Assembly: GCA_965227515.1 (NCBI GenBank)
Contig: CBDDFZ010000002.1
Coordinates: 1,312,001 to 1,376,000, forward strand
Source of the DNA: Alphaproteobacteria bacterium
Lineage (GTDB): Bacteria > Pseudomonadota > Alphaproteobacteria > CALKHQ01
Length of the DNA: 64,000 bases
Direction: 5' to 3'
Within the stretch, counting starts at the first letter, position 1. The number at the start of each line of letters is the position of its first letter. The position numbers and the translations under genes are program-made. Shown in pieces: positions 18,880 to 28,650 of the stretch. The notes under the pieces are model-generated. The model saw nothing but the letters and a program-made list of their open reading frames with translations. It was not told where the DNA came from and ran no database searches.

Positions 18880-19920
18880 TCAGGCTTGCGCCGCTTCGGT
18901 ACCTGCGGATGCAGCTTGCCACGCCTCCCGCAACCAGCGGGCGCAGGCCACCGAGTGCTCGAAGATGGAGTAGCCGGCGCCGCCGCCATAGTCGGGGAAC
19001 GGGATGAACTCCGTGGTCACGGTGTCGAAGGTCGGTGTCTGCCTGGCGGCCCGGTCGGCGAACAGGTGGCGCATCACTTCCTTCCAGGGCTCCAGCTTGT
19101 CCTCGTCCCATTCGGCGTGCCATTCGCCGGGCCCTGGCTCGATGAACGGGTACTGGATGCCGCGGCCCGTGGTGTCCTGCGGGTGCAGCGACGAGGGCAG
19201 CGAGTCGAGGTCGGGGTGGGACGCCCTGACGTTGCGCGGGTTGTTGGGCGCGGCGGCGCGCGCGTGGCAGTGGGCGACGAAGCCGCGCTCGATCCAGATG
19301 TCGCACACATTGCCCGAGGTGAACGGATCCAGGATCAACGATCCGTCCTCCACCGCCTCGTCGATGCCAAACACCTTCTGCTCGCGCGGATTGTCGATCT
19401 TGAAGATGACGTGGGAGTGGTCCAGCGTCATGTGGAATGGAATGCCCCGTTCAGCAACCATGTCGGCAACCTTGGCCACGCGCCGGAAGTCCTCCGACCA
19501 CATATTGACGTGGACCTCGAAGGTCGACAGGCAGTTCACCTTGGCGCCGATGTCGTATGCCCGCAGATAGGCGTCGGCCACTTCCTGGTCGGTGACCAGA
19601 TGGCCATCGGCATGGTCCATCTTGATCTGGGTGTTGTGGACCCTGCTGCCCAGGGCGGCGCCGATGCGCAGGTTCTGCGCAAGCATGTCCTCGTCCTTGC
19701 CAAGCGTGTAGTACCAGCCGCCGGCCAGCACAGGCAGGTCGTACCGTTCCGCGCAGCGCTGGTAGGCGTTCACCTGGTCGGACGGCGGCGTCTTGTCGTA
19801 GTAGTCGTAGACGCCGGCGTCCTTGACCATGCTGAACCTGGTCTCCAGGTCAGGCACGGGGTCGGCGTCGGTGTGCATGACGCCGGCCTCCTGAATGCCA
19901 AACAGAAGGTCGTGCGCCAT
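18880..19920 (-). CDS. Xylose-isomerase-like TIM-barrel protein (sugar phosphate isomerase/epimerase family)
   Basis: Metal-ligand pattern FEVH, LDHSH, HCHAR, TEFIP; GGAG RBS. Confidence 0.75.
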   Translation of the reverse strand: MAHDLLFGIQEAGVMHTDADPVPDLETRFSMVKDAGVYDYYDKTPPSDQVNAYQRCAERYDLPVLAGGWYYTLGKDEDMLAQNLRIGAALGSRVHNTQIKMDHADGHLVTDQEVADAYLRAYDIGAKVNCLSTFEVHVNMWSEDFRRVAKVADMVAERGIPFHMTLDHSHVIFKIDNPREQKVFGIDEAVEDGSLILDPFTSGNVCDIWIERGFVAHCHARAAAPNNPRNVRASHPDLDSLPSSLHPQDTTGRGIQYPFIEPGPGEWHAEWDEDKLEPWKEVMRHLFADRAARQTPTFDTVTTEFIPFPDYGGGAGYSIFEHSVACARWLREAWQAASAGTEAAQA

Positions 19921-19950
19921 CAGCTTCTCCGCTGCGCTATGTCGCTGCCG

Positions 19951-21228
19951 CTATTCGGCGGCGATCTGTGCCGCGGCCATGGAAGCCGGCGGCGCCTTGT
20001 GGAACGCGCCGTCCTTCATGATGGCCAGCAGGCGATTGCGGTCCTGCAGCAGCGACACGTCCTTCGACGGGTCGCCGTCGACCAGCAGGATATCGGCCAA
20101 GTAGCCTTCGGTGATGGTGCCGAGCTCATCGCCCATCATCATGATCTCGCCGCCCATCTTGGTGGCGGACTGGATCGCTTCCAGCGGCGTGTAGCCGAAC
20201 AGCTCGACGAAGTGCTCCAGGTCGCGCGCGTTGGCGCCCACCGGGTTCCAGGCGAAGCCGTAGTCGCCGCCCGGCAGCACGCGCACACCGCGCTTGCGCA
20301 GCGACGCGACCACGGGGATGGCGTGCTCCAGTTCGCGCTTCAGACCCAACTGCTCGCCGATGTCGGGGGTGATGCCCCAGTCGCCGGCCTCGTAGAGCGT
20401 GGTGTAGGTGACGCCGATGGTGGGCGACACGAACACGCGGTCCTTCGCCTCTTCCAGCATGTCCAGCGCCTCTTCGTCGGCGAAGGTGGCGTGGTAGATC
20501 ACCTCGCAGCCGTGCTTCAGGCTCAGCTTCACCGACTTGGCACTGCGCGCGTGGGTGGCGATGCGCTTGCCGTGGGCCAAGCCCACTTCGCAAACCGCCT
20601 GGATCTCGTCCTCCATCATCACGGTCTGCTGCGCCTTGGCGTAGGGCACCAACTCGTCGCCCGACGGGTTGATCTTCAGCGTGTCCACGCCCTCGCGGCA
20701 CATCTCGCGCGCCACGCGGCGAAACTCGGTCGGCCCGTCGCAGACGATGGCAAAGGTCTCGCGGTGCAGGTGGCTCAGGCGCACGTCGCCCAGGCCCGAT
20801 GTGACGGTCAGTTCGGGCGAGGCGGCCAGCATGCGCGGCCCGGGGAACTCGCCGGCGTTGATGGCATTGCGCGCCACGATGTCCATGCGCGGCTTGGCCG
20901 CCGCCGCGCTGTTGATGCTGGTGAAGCCATGGTCGAGCAGCAGCTTGACGTGGCGGATCGTGACCAGCGTGTGCTCCTCGGGTGGGATGTCGCCCAGCGA
21001 GTGCAGGTCAGAGGTGTTGGCGAAGCTCGGGTGCGCATGGGACTCGACCAGCCCCGGCATCAGCGTCGCGCCACCGCCGTCAATCACTTCGGCGTTGTCG
21101 TGGGCAACGGTCTCCGAAGCCGGCGCGACCGCCTTGATCCGGTTGCCCTGCACCAGGACCTGTCCCGGAAACGGCTCGCTGCCGCTACCGTCCAGCACCT
21201 GAACGTTCGTGAACAGTGTCTGTGGCAT
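19951..21228 (-). CDS. Metal-dependent amidohydrolase (prolidase-like subtype)
   Basis: IDGGGATLMPGLVESHAH, ATHA, IYHA, GGDYG, GYLADILLVDGDP. Confidence 0.9.
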   Translation of the reverse strand: MPQTLFTNVQVLDGSGSEPFPGQVLVQGNRIKAVAPASETVAHDNAEVIDGGGATLMPGLVESHAHPSFANTSDLHSLGDIPPEEHTLVTIRHVKLLLDHGFTSINSAAAAKPRMDIVARNAINAGEFPGPRMLAASPELTVTSGLGDVRLSHLHRETFAIVCDGPTEFRRVAREMCREGVDTLKINPSGDELVPYAKAQQTVMMEDEIQAVCEVGLAHGKRIATHARSAKSVKLSLKHGCEVIYHATFADEEALDMLEEAKDRVFVSPTIGVTYTTLYEAGDWGITPDIGEQLGLKRELEHAIPVVASLRKRGVRVLPGGDYGFAWNPVGANARDLEHFVELFGYTPLEAIQSATKMGGEIMMMGDELGTITEGYLADILLVDGDPSKDVSLLQDRNRLLAIMKDGAFHKAPPASMAAAQIAAE

Positions 21229-21238
21229 TTCGGACTCC

Positions 21239-21366
21239 CTAGAGCGTTATCATTTAACCGGCTCCGGCCCTCTCTCCCGCCCGGTCCCCCAACGAGAGTA
21301 TCCTGCTGGGTGGCCGGGTGGGGGAGAGGGCTGGCGCCGATTCCGCGCAAGCGGCACCATGTCCAC
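21239..21366. repeat. About 128-bp palindromic repeat, copy 2 (loop inverted)
   Basis: CTAGAGCGTTATC.. with the same stem arms as copies 1 and 3; loop acgagagtatcctgct. Confidence 0.85.
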
Positions 21367-21556
21367 GTGCGGGGAAGCGGTGTTCGCCGACGTATCGGGA
21401 CTCGCGCGGTCACTCTTTCGCGCGGTCACTCTTTCCCGCGGCGGGGCGCTTCCCCCAGCGCTGATTGCAGCTTGCTTTGCTACCCGAACACTAAGGTTCC
21501 GCTGCCCACAGGGCAAGGCGCGGAGGGGCGGTCAATTGCCGCCGCCGGGAATGGCG

Positions 21557-22504
21557 TCACGCGCCGTCGACGCAGACCTCGCTGTCCGGGTCGCTCTCGC
21601 ACAGATTGCCCTTCAGGTAGGACGAGTAGAGCTCCGAAGACCCCAGCGCCAGCAGGATGACGATCACCAGTATGACGGCGACGATGATCGCCGCCTTCAC
21701 CGCACCGAAAAGACGTCGTCCCGGCTGCGCCAAAGGCACCAGGTTGAAGGCCAGCCCACCGAGCACCACCAGCCCCATGCCCACCGTGTAGAGGATGGGG
21801 ATGTTGGGCTGGAAGATCATCACCAGTGCCGCCATGCACAACAGGATGATGCTGCGGCTCAGCGAGCGGGCATGGCCCACCTTCATGGTGCCGGGCTTGG
21901 CCCCGAACACGCGGATCTCGTTCAATTCGCGATTGAACGCCGGCGCGAAGACCAGGAACAGGATCGCCAGCAGCGCGACAATGGCGGTGACGGTGAGCCG
22001 GGTGTCGGCGAACGCCAGCAGCGCCTCGTTGCTTTCCTCGATGCCGCTGAAATGGCCCTCCAGCTCGCCCAGGCGCTCCAGGCCCGGCAATGGCGGCTCC
22101 ATGCGGTCGCGGCCGCGCATCTCCTCGATCTTGACGTTCAGCTCGGCACTGGCGCCGCGCATGTCCTCCACCACCGCCTCGATCTCGGGCGTCATGGAGG
22201 TGTTCTCGACCAGGGCGACCAGCTCGTCCAGCGTGTCGACCACCTTGTTCAGGTCACGCTTGTTGTATTCGTCCTCGTCGGCCAGACCGGCGGCGCGGTC
22301 GAGCAGCTCGGATACCTGCTGCGGGCTGTCGTCGACGAACCAGGCTTCCGGCGCCGGCACCAGCAGGCAGATGATCGCCAGCACCAGGATGACGGTGGCG
22401 ATCTTGGAACTGCGGGTCGCCGGCACCTCCGACGCGCGCTTGACCGGAACCGAGTGCGCCGGGCTGTTGGCGGCGAGCGCCGGGGTGTGGACGTGGTCGG
22501 TCAT
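21557..22504 (-). CDS. Hypothetical multi-pass membrane protein in the ABC operon
   Basis: ATG overlaps the ATPase stop; about 5 TM segments plus an acidic helical loop. Confidence 0.75.
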   Translation of the reverse strand: MTDHVHTPALAANSPAHSVPVKRASEVPATRSSKIATVILVLAIICLLVPAPEAWFVDDSPQQVSELLDRAAGLADEDEYNKRDLNKVVDTLDELVALVENTSMTPEIEAVVEDMRGASAELNVKIEEMRGRDRMEPPLPGLERLGELEGHFSGIEESNEALLAFADTRLTVTAIVALLAILFLVFAPAFNRELNEIRVFGAKPGTMKVGHARSLSRSIILLCMAALVMIFQPNIPILYTVGMGLVVLGGLAFNLVPLAQPGRRLFGAVKAAIIVAVILVIVILLALGSSELYSSYLKGNLCESDPDSEVCVDGA

Positions 22505-23592
22505 AGCGTGAACACCCGTTGGCCGTCGGTATCGAACACGTGCAGTTGGCCGGACCGCACCCTTGCATGGATCGCCTGGCCCGGCGTCACCGGCACCCGA
22601 TGGTCGAACACCACGCGCATGTCGGTGTCGCCCTCCACCGCGTGGATCAGGGTCTCGGCGCCCATCGGCTCGATGATGTCGACGGCTGCGCTCAGGGTCT
22701 CCTCGCTGGCGTTGTCGACCTGCTCGAAGCCGCGGGGGCGAATGCCCACGGTGATCTCGGAGTTCGGGGCCAGCCGGGACACGGCGGGGTCGACCGGGGC
22801 CTTCAGGTCCTGGTCCAGAATACGGAACGTGGCGTTGCCGTCGGCATAGCCGGTGATGGTGGCGGGGATCAGGTTCATCTGCGGCGTGCCGATGAAGCCG
22901 GCCACGAACAGGTTGGCGGGTGCCGCGAAGATGCCATGCGGGGTGGCCACCTGCTCGATGTAGCCGTCGCGCATCACGGCGATGCGGTCGGCCATGGTCA
23001 GTGCCTCGATCTGGTCGTGGGTCACGATCACGGTCGCCTTGTCCAGGCCGCTCAGGATCTCCTTGATCTGGCCGCGCATGGTCTGGCGAAGCGCGATGTC
23101 CAGGCGCGACAGCGGCTCGTCGAACAGGAAGCACGTGGGCTCGCGGATCACCGCGCGGCCGACCGCCACGCGCTGCTTTTCGCCTTCCGCGATGCGGCCG
23201 GGAATCCGGTCCAGCACCTTATCGAGCTGCAGCACATGGGCGACCCGCTTGACCCGGGTCTCGATCTCCTCGTGGCCCAGACCCTCGGCATACAGCGGGT
23301 AGGCCAGGTTCTCCGCCACCGTCAGGCTGGGATAGAGGGCGTAGAACTGGAACACCATCGCGATGTTGCGGTCCGCCGGCGACAGGTCGTTGACCCGCTT
23401 GCCGGCGATATGGACGTCGCCCGCGGTCGCCGGCTCCAGACCGGCGATCATGCGCAGCGTCGTGGTCTTGCCGCAGCCGGAGGGGCCCAGCAGGCACAGC
23501 ACCTCGCCGGGCGCGATGTCCAGATTGGCCTGGTTGACCGCGACCAGGTCGCCGAACCGCTTGGTCAGGTTGGTGAGCTTGATGTCGGACAT
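22501..23592 (-). CDS. CUT1 (MalK-like) ABC ATP-binding protein with degenerate signature
   Basis: GPSGCGKTT, FLFDEP, VTHDQ, C-terminal TOBE-like region; signature reads IAEGE. Confidence 0.92.
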   Translation of the reverse strand: MSDIKLTNLTKRFGDLVAVNQANLDIAPGEVLCLLGPSGCGKTTTLRMIAGLEPATAGDVHIAGKRVNDLSPADRNIAMVFQFYALYPSLTVAENLAYPLYAEGLGHEEIETRVKRVAHVLQLDKVLDRIPGRIAEGEKQRVAVGRAVIREPTCFLFDEPLSRLDIALRQTMRGQIKEILSGLDKATVIVTHDQIEALTMADRIAVMRDGYIEQVATPHGIFAAPANLFVAGFIGTPQMNLIPATITGYADGNATFRILDQDLKAPVDPAVSRLAPNSEITVGIRPRGFEQVDNASEETLSAAVDIIEPMGAETLIHAVEGDTDMRVVFDHRVPVTPGQAIHARVRSGQLHVFDTDGQRVFTL

Positions 23593-23602
23593 GGCGCGAC
23601 CC

Positions 23603-24529
23603 CTACTTCTTGATCGTGCCGAAGGTGACACCGCGCAGAAGCTGGCTCTGCAACAGGTAGGTCACGATCAGGATCGGGATCAGGAACAGCGTGACGATGG
23701 CGGCCAGCAGGCCGAAGTCGGCGCCGACCTCGCCACCCAATGTGCGCACCATCGCCGGCGGGATCGTTCGGGTCTCGTTGCTGGTCAGGATCAGCGCGAA
23801 GAACAGCTCGTTCCAGGTCAGGATCAGGCTGAACACCACGGTCGCGGCCATGCCGGCCTTCACCTGCGGCAGGCAGATCTTGAAGAACACCCGGAATTCG
23901 GAACTGCCGTCCATGCGGGCGGCATCCTCCACATCCGGCGACAATTCGTCGAAGAAGCTCTTCATCATCCAGATCGTGAACGCCAGGTTGAAGGCCGTGT
24001 AGAGCGGGATGATGCCGTAGTACTCACCCGCCACGCCGGTCACCTGGAACATGATGACGATCGGGATCGTCACCACGATCGGCGGCAGCATGCGCGTGGT
24101 CAGGATGATGAACATATAGGTGTCGGTGCCGGGCAGCGCGAAGCGGGAGAAGCCGTACGCCGCCAGGGTGCCGATGATCAGCGCCAGCAGCACCGAGGCG
24201 CCCGCGATACCGATCGAGTTCGCGAAATAGAGCGGGAAGCTGGTCTCGGTCTCGGTCTGGCTGACCACGTTCTGCTGCACGAACACGCTGCTGAAGTTCT
24301 GCGTCGTGTACGAGAACTTGCACTCGCCATCGTCCGAGGAGCAGTCGGTGAACACCGACTCCACATAGGCGCCGAAGCTCTCCGCGCTGATGTCGAGAAT
24401 ATCGTTCCGGCCCTGGAAGGCATACAGGACGATGATCAGGACAGGCAGGAAGTAGACCAGCGCGATGAAGCCGGCGAAAACCGTGCGGCCCCAGCCGGCG
24501 GTACCGATTTCTCTGTGTTGACGGGCCAT
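23603..24529 (-). CDS. CUT1 ABC permease (MalG-like)
   Basis: EAA loop VEDAARMDGS, WNELFFALIL. Confidence 0.92.
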   Translation of the reverse strand: MARQHREIGTAGWGRTVFAGFIALVYFLPVLIIVLYAFQGRNDILDISAESFGAYVESVFTDCSSDDGECKFSYTTQNFSSVFVQQNVVSQTETETSFPLYFANSIGIAGASVLLALIIGTLAAYGFSRFALPGTDTYMFIILTTRMLPPIVVTIPIVIMFQVTGVAGEYYGIIPLYTAFNLAFTIWMMKSFFDELSPDVEDAARMDGSSEFRVFFKICLPQVKAGMAATVVFSLILTWNELFFALILTSNETRTIPPAMVRTLGGEVGADFGLLAAIVTLFLIPILIVTYLLQSQLLRGVTFGTIKK

Positions 24530-24531
24530 GG

Positions 24532-25476
24532 CTATTGCTCCGCCTCGCGCTGGCGGACCATGTAGAGATAGAGGTTGGTCAGCACGATGACGATGAACAG
24601 GATGATGTAGGCGAACGCCGCGGACTCACCGGTGCGGAAGTCCTGGAAGCCGGAGCGGTAGAGCTGCAGCGAGATGGTCTTCGTGGCCGTGCCGGGTCCG
24701 CCCTCGGTGATGATGTAGATGGTGTCGAACAACTTGAACGTCTCGATGGTGCGGAACAGCAGCGCCAGCAGCAGCAGGCTGCGAATGTAGGGGAACGTGA
24801 TCGTGGTGAACCGGCGCCAGCGGCTGGCGCGGTCGATCTGGCTCGCCTCGTAGAGGTACTTCGGCACGCTGACCAGGCCGGCCAGCACCAGCAGCATCAC
24901 GAACGGTGACCACATCCACGCATCCGCCAGCACGATGCCGAGGATGGCGCCCGTCGGGTCGCCCAGGATGTTCGGCGCGTCGCCCTGGAACACCTCGATC
25001 AGCTTGCTGATCAGGCCGAAGTCCGGGTTGTAGAACAGCTTGAAGAACACGCCGACCGCCACGTAGGACAGCATCATCGGCGCCAGCACGAACATCAGGA
25101 TCAGCCGGCGGCCGGGGAAGTTGGGCTGGAACAGCATGGCGAGCCCGAAGCCGAGGATCATCTGCAGGCTGACAGAGCCGAACACGATGATGGCGGTGGT
25201 CTGCAGGCTGTCCCAGATTACCGGATCGGTCAGCACGTCGGCGTAGTTGTCGAACCACACGAACTCCGGCAGGTCGCTCTGCCGCGCGACGCTGAAGTCG
25301 TAGAAGCTGAGGCCGAACGACCACATCAGCGGGAAGATGTTCATCACGAACAGCGTCACCAGCGCCGGGGTCACCAGCAGCGGGCCGCGGTTGCGCGCCG
25401 CCCACGATTGCTCGACCCGCGCGGCCTGGTCCGGCGTCAGCCGGGCGCCGGGTGCGGTCTGCGCTACGTCGCTCAT
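24532..25476 (-). CDS. CUT1 ABC permease (MalF-like)
   Basis: LYEASQIDRA, FKLFDTIYIITEGGPG. Confidence 0.92.
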   Translation of the reverse strand: MSDVAQTAPGARLTPDQAARVEQSWAARNRGPLLVTPALVTLFVMNIFPLMWSFGLSFYDFSVARQSDLPEFVWFDNYADVLTDPVIWDSLQTTAIIVFGSVSLQMILGFGLAMLFQPNFPGRRLILMFVLAPMMLSYVAVGVFFKLFYNPDFGLISKLIEVFQGDAPNILGDPTGAILGIVLADAWMWSPFVMLLVLAGLVSVPKYLYEASQIDRASRWRRFTTITFPYIRSLLLLALLFRTIETFKLFDTIYIITEGGPGTATKTISLQLYRSGFQDFRTGESAAFAYIILFIVIVLTNLYLYMVRQREAEQ

Positions 25477-25781
25477 GACTGTCGCCCGGTCAGGGAGATC
25501 GCCTGGCAGACCTGGGCGCGGATGCGCGGACGGCAGCCGCCCATGGCGCGGCCGTCGAGCGGGCCGCGGTCCATCGCGGAAGGTGTTTGTTTGGGCTGGC
25601 CGTCATGGCCGAGCGGACGCGCAATCAGCATGTGCAAGCTACAGTCGCGGTTCGGTGTTGGATTGTCGTATTGGCGCCCCTGGGGGCGAAGTCGGCTCGT
25701 GGATGGGAGAGCCGGGCAGGCCAGCGCAGTTGTCATACGCTGAACCTGCCCGGTCAAGGCTAACTCACGAGCAGCTATGCG

Positions 25782-27266
25782 TCACGAGCACTCAGGCGCG
25801 TCCGGATTGATCCGGCCTGCCTCTTCCAGCGTCTCCTGCTGGTGTGCCGCAACCAGGTCCAGCGCTTCCTGGGCGCCGATCTGGCCGGTGATCGCACGGT
25901 CGAACTGCTCCTGCTGGTAGGTCAGAAGCTCGAAGAACTCCGGAATGTGCCAGACGTCACGCTGCCACTCCATCATCTCCACATGCGCGCGGTTGAACGG
26001 GCCAAGGTCGTTGTAGCCCTCGCGGTTCATGATCGAGACGCGGCCGGACTGGCCGCCGTTCGCGGTGAACGCCCACTGCACGTCGTCGGACAGCCACCAC
26101 TTGATGAAGTTGACCGCTTCCTCGATCTCCGGCTCGGTGCTCCAGGTGGTGACCACGAACGGCTGACCGCCCTGGTTGCCATAGCGCAGGATCGAGCCGT
26201 CGTCCTGGCGCAGGCCGGGTGCCGGGCCGAAGTCCGTCACGTCGGCAACCACGCTGGACGCGGGGTCGAGCACGGGCGGCACCAGGCCGACCCAGTTGAT
26301 GATCGCGGCAACCTTGCCCTGCGCGTACAGGTCGTTCAGGACGAAGATGTCCATCTGGCCGGTCTCGACGGCCGACGGCATGTACTGCAGCAGGTCGAGA
26401 TAGTGCTCGAACGCCTCGACCGCGATATCGGAGTTCACGACGCCTTCGGCCATCGCGCACGGCTGGTCGGTCTCGTCCCAGATGCTGCCGCCGTACTGCC
26501 AGATGAAGGCGTTCACGGCCATCGACGAGAAGTCATAGCCCTTACCGGCCTGGTAGCCGATGCCGGCGAAGTCCTCGGTCAGCGTCTCGCCGCCCAGGGT
26601 ATCTCCGGCCGCGCGGCTGAAGAACTCGCCGATGTCGGCAAAGCCGTCCCAGTCGATGTCCTGCCAGTCCTCGTACGAGCACGGCAGCGCATAGCCATAT
26701 TCTTCCTCGAACGCCGCGCCCTCTGCCTCGTCGCAGAACAGGTCGGTGCGGAAGAAGGTGACGTACGTATCCGGGAACTGCGGGAAGCCGTAGTAGTGCG
26801 CGTCCGGATGCGGGAACGGATGCTCGCGTACCTGGTCGGTCGTCAGGTGCGGGTACACGGAGTACGCGGACACCAGCGCCGGGTGCAGGTCGGCGACCAG
26901 CGCGGCGAGTTCCTCGTCAGCCAGGATCTCGTCGGTCATCTCGCGGTAGTAGCCGCCCTCGATGAACGCGCCGAGCCACTGGCTGTCGGTGATGATCATG
27001 TTGTACTTCTCTTCGCCCGCGGTCAGCGAAGCGGCAACCCGCTCGTAGAACGTCGGCCACGGAATGAAGTCCAACTCGACCGCCACCTCGCGCCCCGACG
27101 GGGACACGTAGTTCTGGTTGGCGTATTCTTGCAGGAAGCGGGTCGGCGGCCAGTCCGGCGCCGCCATGATCAGCGTCACGTCCTGCGCCATCGCCGGCGT
27201 GCTCAGGGCAGTCGCGGCAACAAGCCCCGCCCCCAGCAAACCGAATGTGGTGCGTACTGCTCTCAT
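25782..27266 (-). CDS. CUT1 ABC extracellular solute-binding protein
   Basis: Sec signal peptide, DSQWLG, FRTDLF; GGAGG RBS; operon context. Confidence 0.9.
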   Translation of the reverse strand: MRAVRTTFGLLGAGLVAATALSTPAMAQDVTLIMAAPDWPPTRFLQEYANQNYVSPSGREVAVELDFIPWPTFYERVAASLTAGEEKYNMIITDSQWLGAFIEGGYYREMTDEILADEELAALVADLHPALVSAYSVYPHLTTDQVREHPFPHPDAHYYGFPQFPDTYVTFFRTDLFCDEAEGAAFEEEYGYALPCSYEDWQDIDWDGFADIGEFFSRAAGDTLGGETLTEDFAGIGYQAGKGYDFSSMAVNAFIWQYGGSIWDETDQPCAMAEGVVNSDIAVEAFEHYLDLLQYMPSAVETGQMDIFVLNDLYAQGKVAAIINWVGLVPPVLDPASSVVADVTDFGPAPGLRQDDGSILRYGNQGGQPFVVTTWSTEPEIEEAVNFIKWWLSDDVQWAFTANGGQSGRVSIMNREGYNDLGPFNRAHVEMMEWQRDVWHIPEFFELLTYQQEQFDRAITGQIGAQEALDLVAAHQQETLEEAGRINPDAPECS

Positions 27267-27344
27267 TTCGGTGTTTCCTCCCTCTGCATGATTAGTAGAC
27301 GGACGCCGACGCCGCAGTAATGCGGGGTCGGGCAGCCAGCCAAA

Positions 27345-28442
27345 TCAGCGTATCGCAGTTCCCGTCTCGCTGGCAAACAGGTGTGTGTGCTGCAGATCGA
27401 TCTCGACCCGCATCTCGGTGCCGACCGAATAGGCCAGCGCCTGCTCTTCCGGCAGGACCAGTTTCACGACGGCGCCGTTGGCTTCCAGGTCCAGCACGGT
27501 GACGTCGCCAAGCGGCTCGGTCAGGTGAACCGTCGCATCGAACGTGGGGCCGGCGGCGTCGCCGTCGCGCGGTGTCAAATCGTGGGGACGTACCCCGAAC
27601 CAAACGTCGGTGCCGGCGTCGAAGCCGCCGAGGGCGCCTGCCCACGGTCCGTCGTCCAGGTCCATGAATGGCAGCGAGATGCCGGCACGGCCGTTGCCCG
27701 GCTTCACGCGCCCGCGGATCATGTTCATCGGCGGGTCGCCGACCATGGTCGCGACGAAGTCGTCGTCCGGCGCGCGATAGAGCTCAGCCGGCGTGCCGAC
27801 CTGGCCGATGATGCCGTCGCGCAGCACACCGATGCGCTGGCCCATCGACATTGCCTCCAGTTGGTCCGGCGTCACATACAGCATGGTCGCGCCGATCTCG
27901 CGATGCAGTCGCTTGAATTCCGCGCGCGTGTCATGGCGCAGCTTGGCGTCCAGGTTGGTCAGCGGCTCGTCGAGCAGCAACAGGCTGGGGCGGCGGATCA
28001 GGGCGCGCCCGATGGCAACGCGCTGCTGCTCGCCGCCCGAGGCGGTGGAGGGCTTGCGCTCCAGCGTGTGGGTCAGCCGCAGCATCTCGGCGATCTCGCC
28101 AACGCGACGCCGGATCTCCGCGCGGTCCAGCCCTGCCTCGCGCAGCGGATAGGCCAGGTTCTCGCGGATGGACATATGCGGGTAGAGCGCGAACGTCTGG
28201 AACACCATCGCCATGCCGCGCAGCTGCACCGGCACATCGGTCACATCGCGACCGTCGAACACGATGCTGCCGGCATCCGGCGTCTCGATGCCGGCAATGC
28301 AACGCAAGGTCGTGGTCTTGCCGGACGCGCTGGGGCCCAGAATCGCAAAGAATTCGCCCGGCTCCACGTCCAGGTCGATGCCGCGCAGGGCTTCAACCTG
28401 ACCGAAAGCCTTGGTCACACCCCTCAGTCTCAGGTCTGTCAC
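27345..28442 (-). CDS. Second CUT1 ABC ATP-binding protein with degenerate H-loop
   Basis: GPSASGKTT, ASGGEQQRV, LLLDEP; H-loop reads VTPDQ; GTG start inferred. Confidence 0.9.
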   Translation of the reverse strand: MTDLRLRGVTKAFGQVEALRGIDLDVEPGEFFAILGPSASGKTTTLRCIAGIETPDAGSIVFDGRDVTDVPVQLRGMAMVFQTFALYPHMSIRENLAYPLREAGLDRAEIRRRVGEIAEMLRLTHTLERKPSTASGGEQQRVAIGRALIRRPSLLLLDEPLTNLDAKLRHDTRAEFKRLHREIGATMLYVTPDQLEAMSMGQRIGVLRDGIIGQVGTPAELYRAPDDDFVATMVGDPPMNMIRGRVKPGNGRAGISLPFMDLDDGPWAGALGGFDAGTDVWFGVRPHDLTPRDGDAAGPTFDATVHLTEPLGDVTVLDLEANGAVVKLVLPEEQALAYSVGTEMRVEIDLQHTHLFASETGTAIR

Positions 28443-28650
28443 TGTCCCCACCGTCCTGACGTAATCGCCGGATGTCCATCCGGTCGTTGGCAGCGCCCCG
28501 CGCGTAAGGTGCCCGGACCCAACAGGAGGAGGTATTGCCGGCCTGGCGCACCCCCATGCCCGGAAACGCAGGCCCAAAAGCGCGGCGAGGATAAGGGCAT
28601 TTCCTTCCCACGCTCAAGCCGGAAATCTGCGGTGCTGGCCATGGGATGGG

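Noticed and set aside
18802-21660. 952-aa plus-strand ORF
   Set aside because: Antisense shadow of two well-supported minus-strand genes, typical of high-GC DNA; no motifs.
21557-23134. 525-aa version of the membrane protein
   Set aside because: The N-terminal extension overlaps the ATPase gene in another frame; the ATG at 22504 coupled to the ATPase stop fits better.
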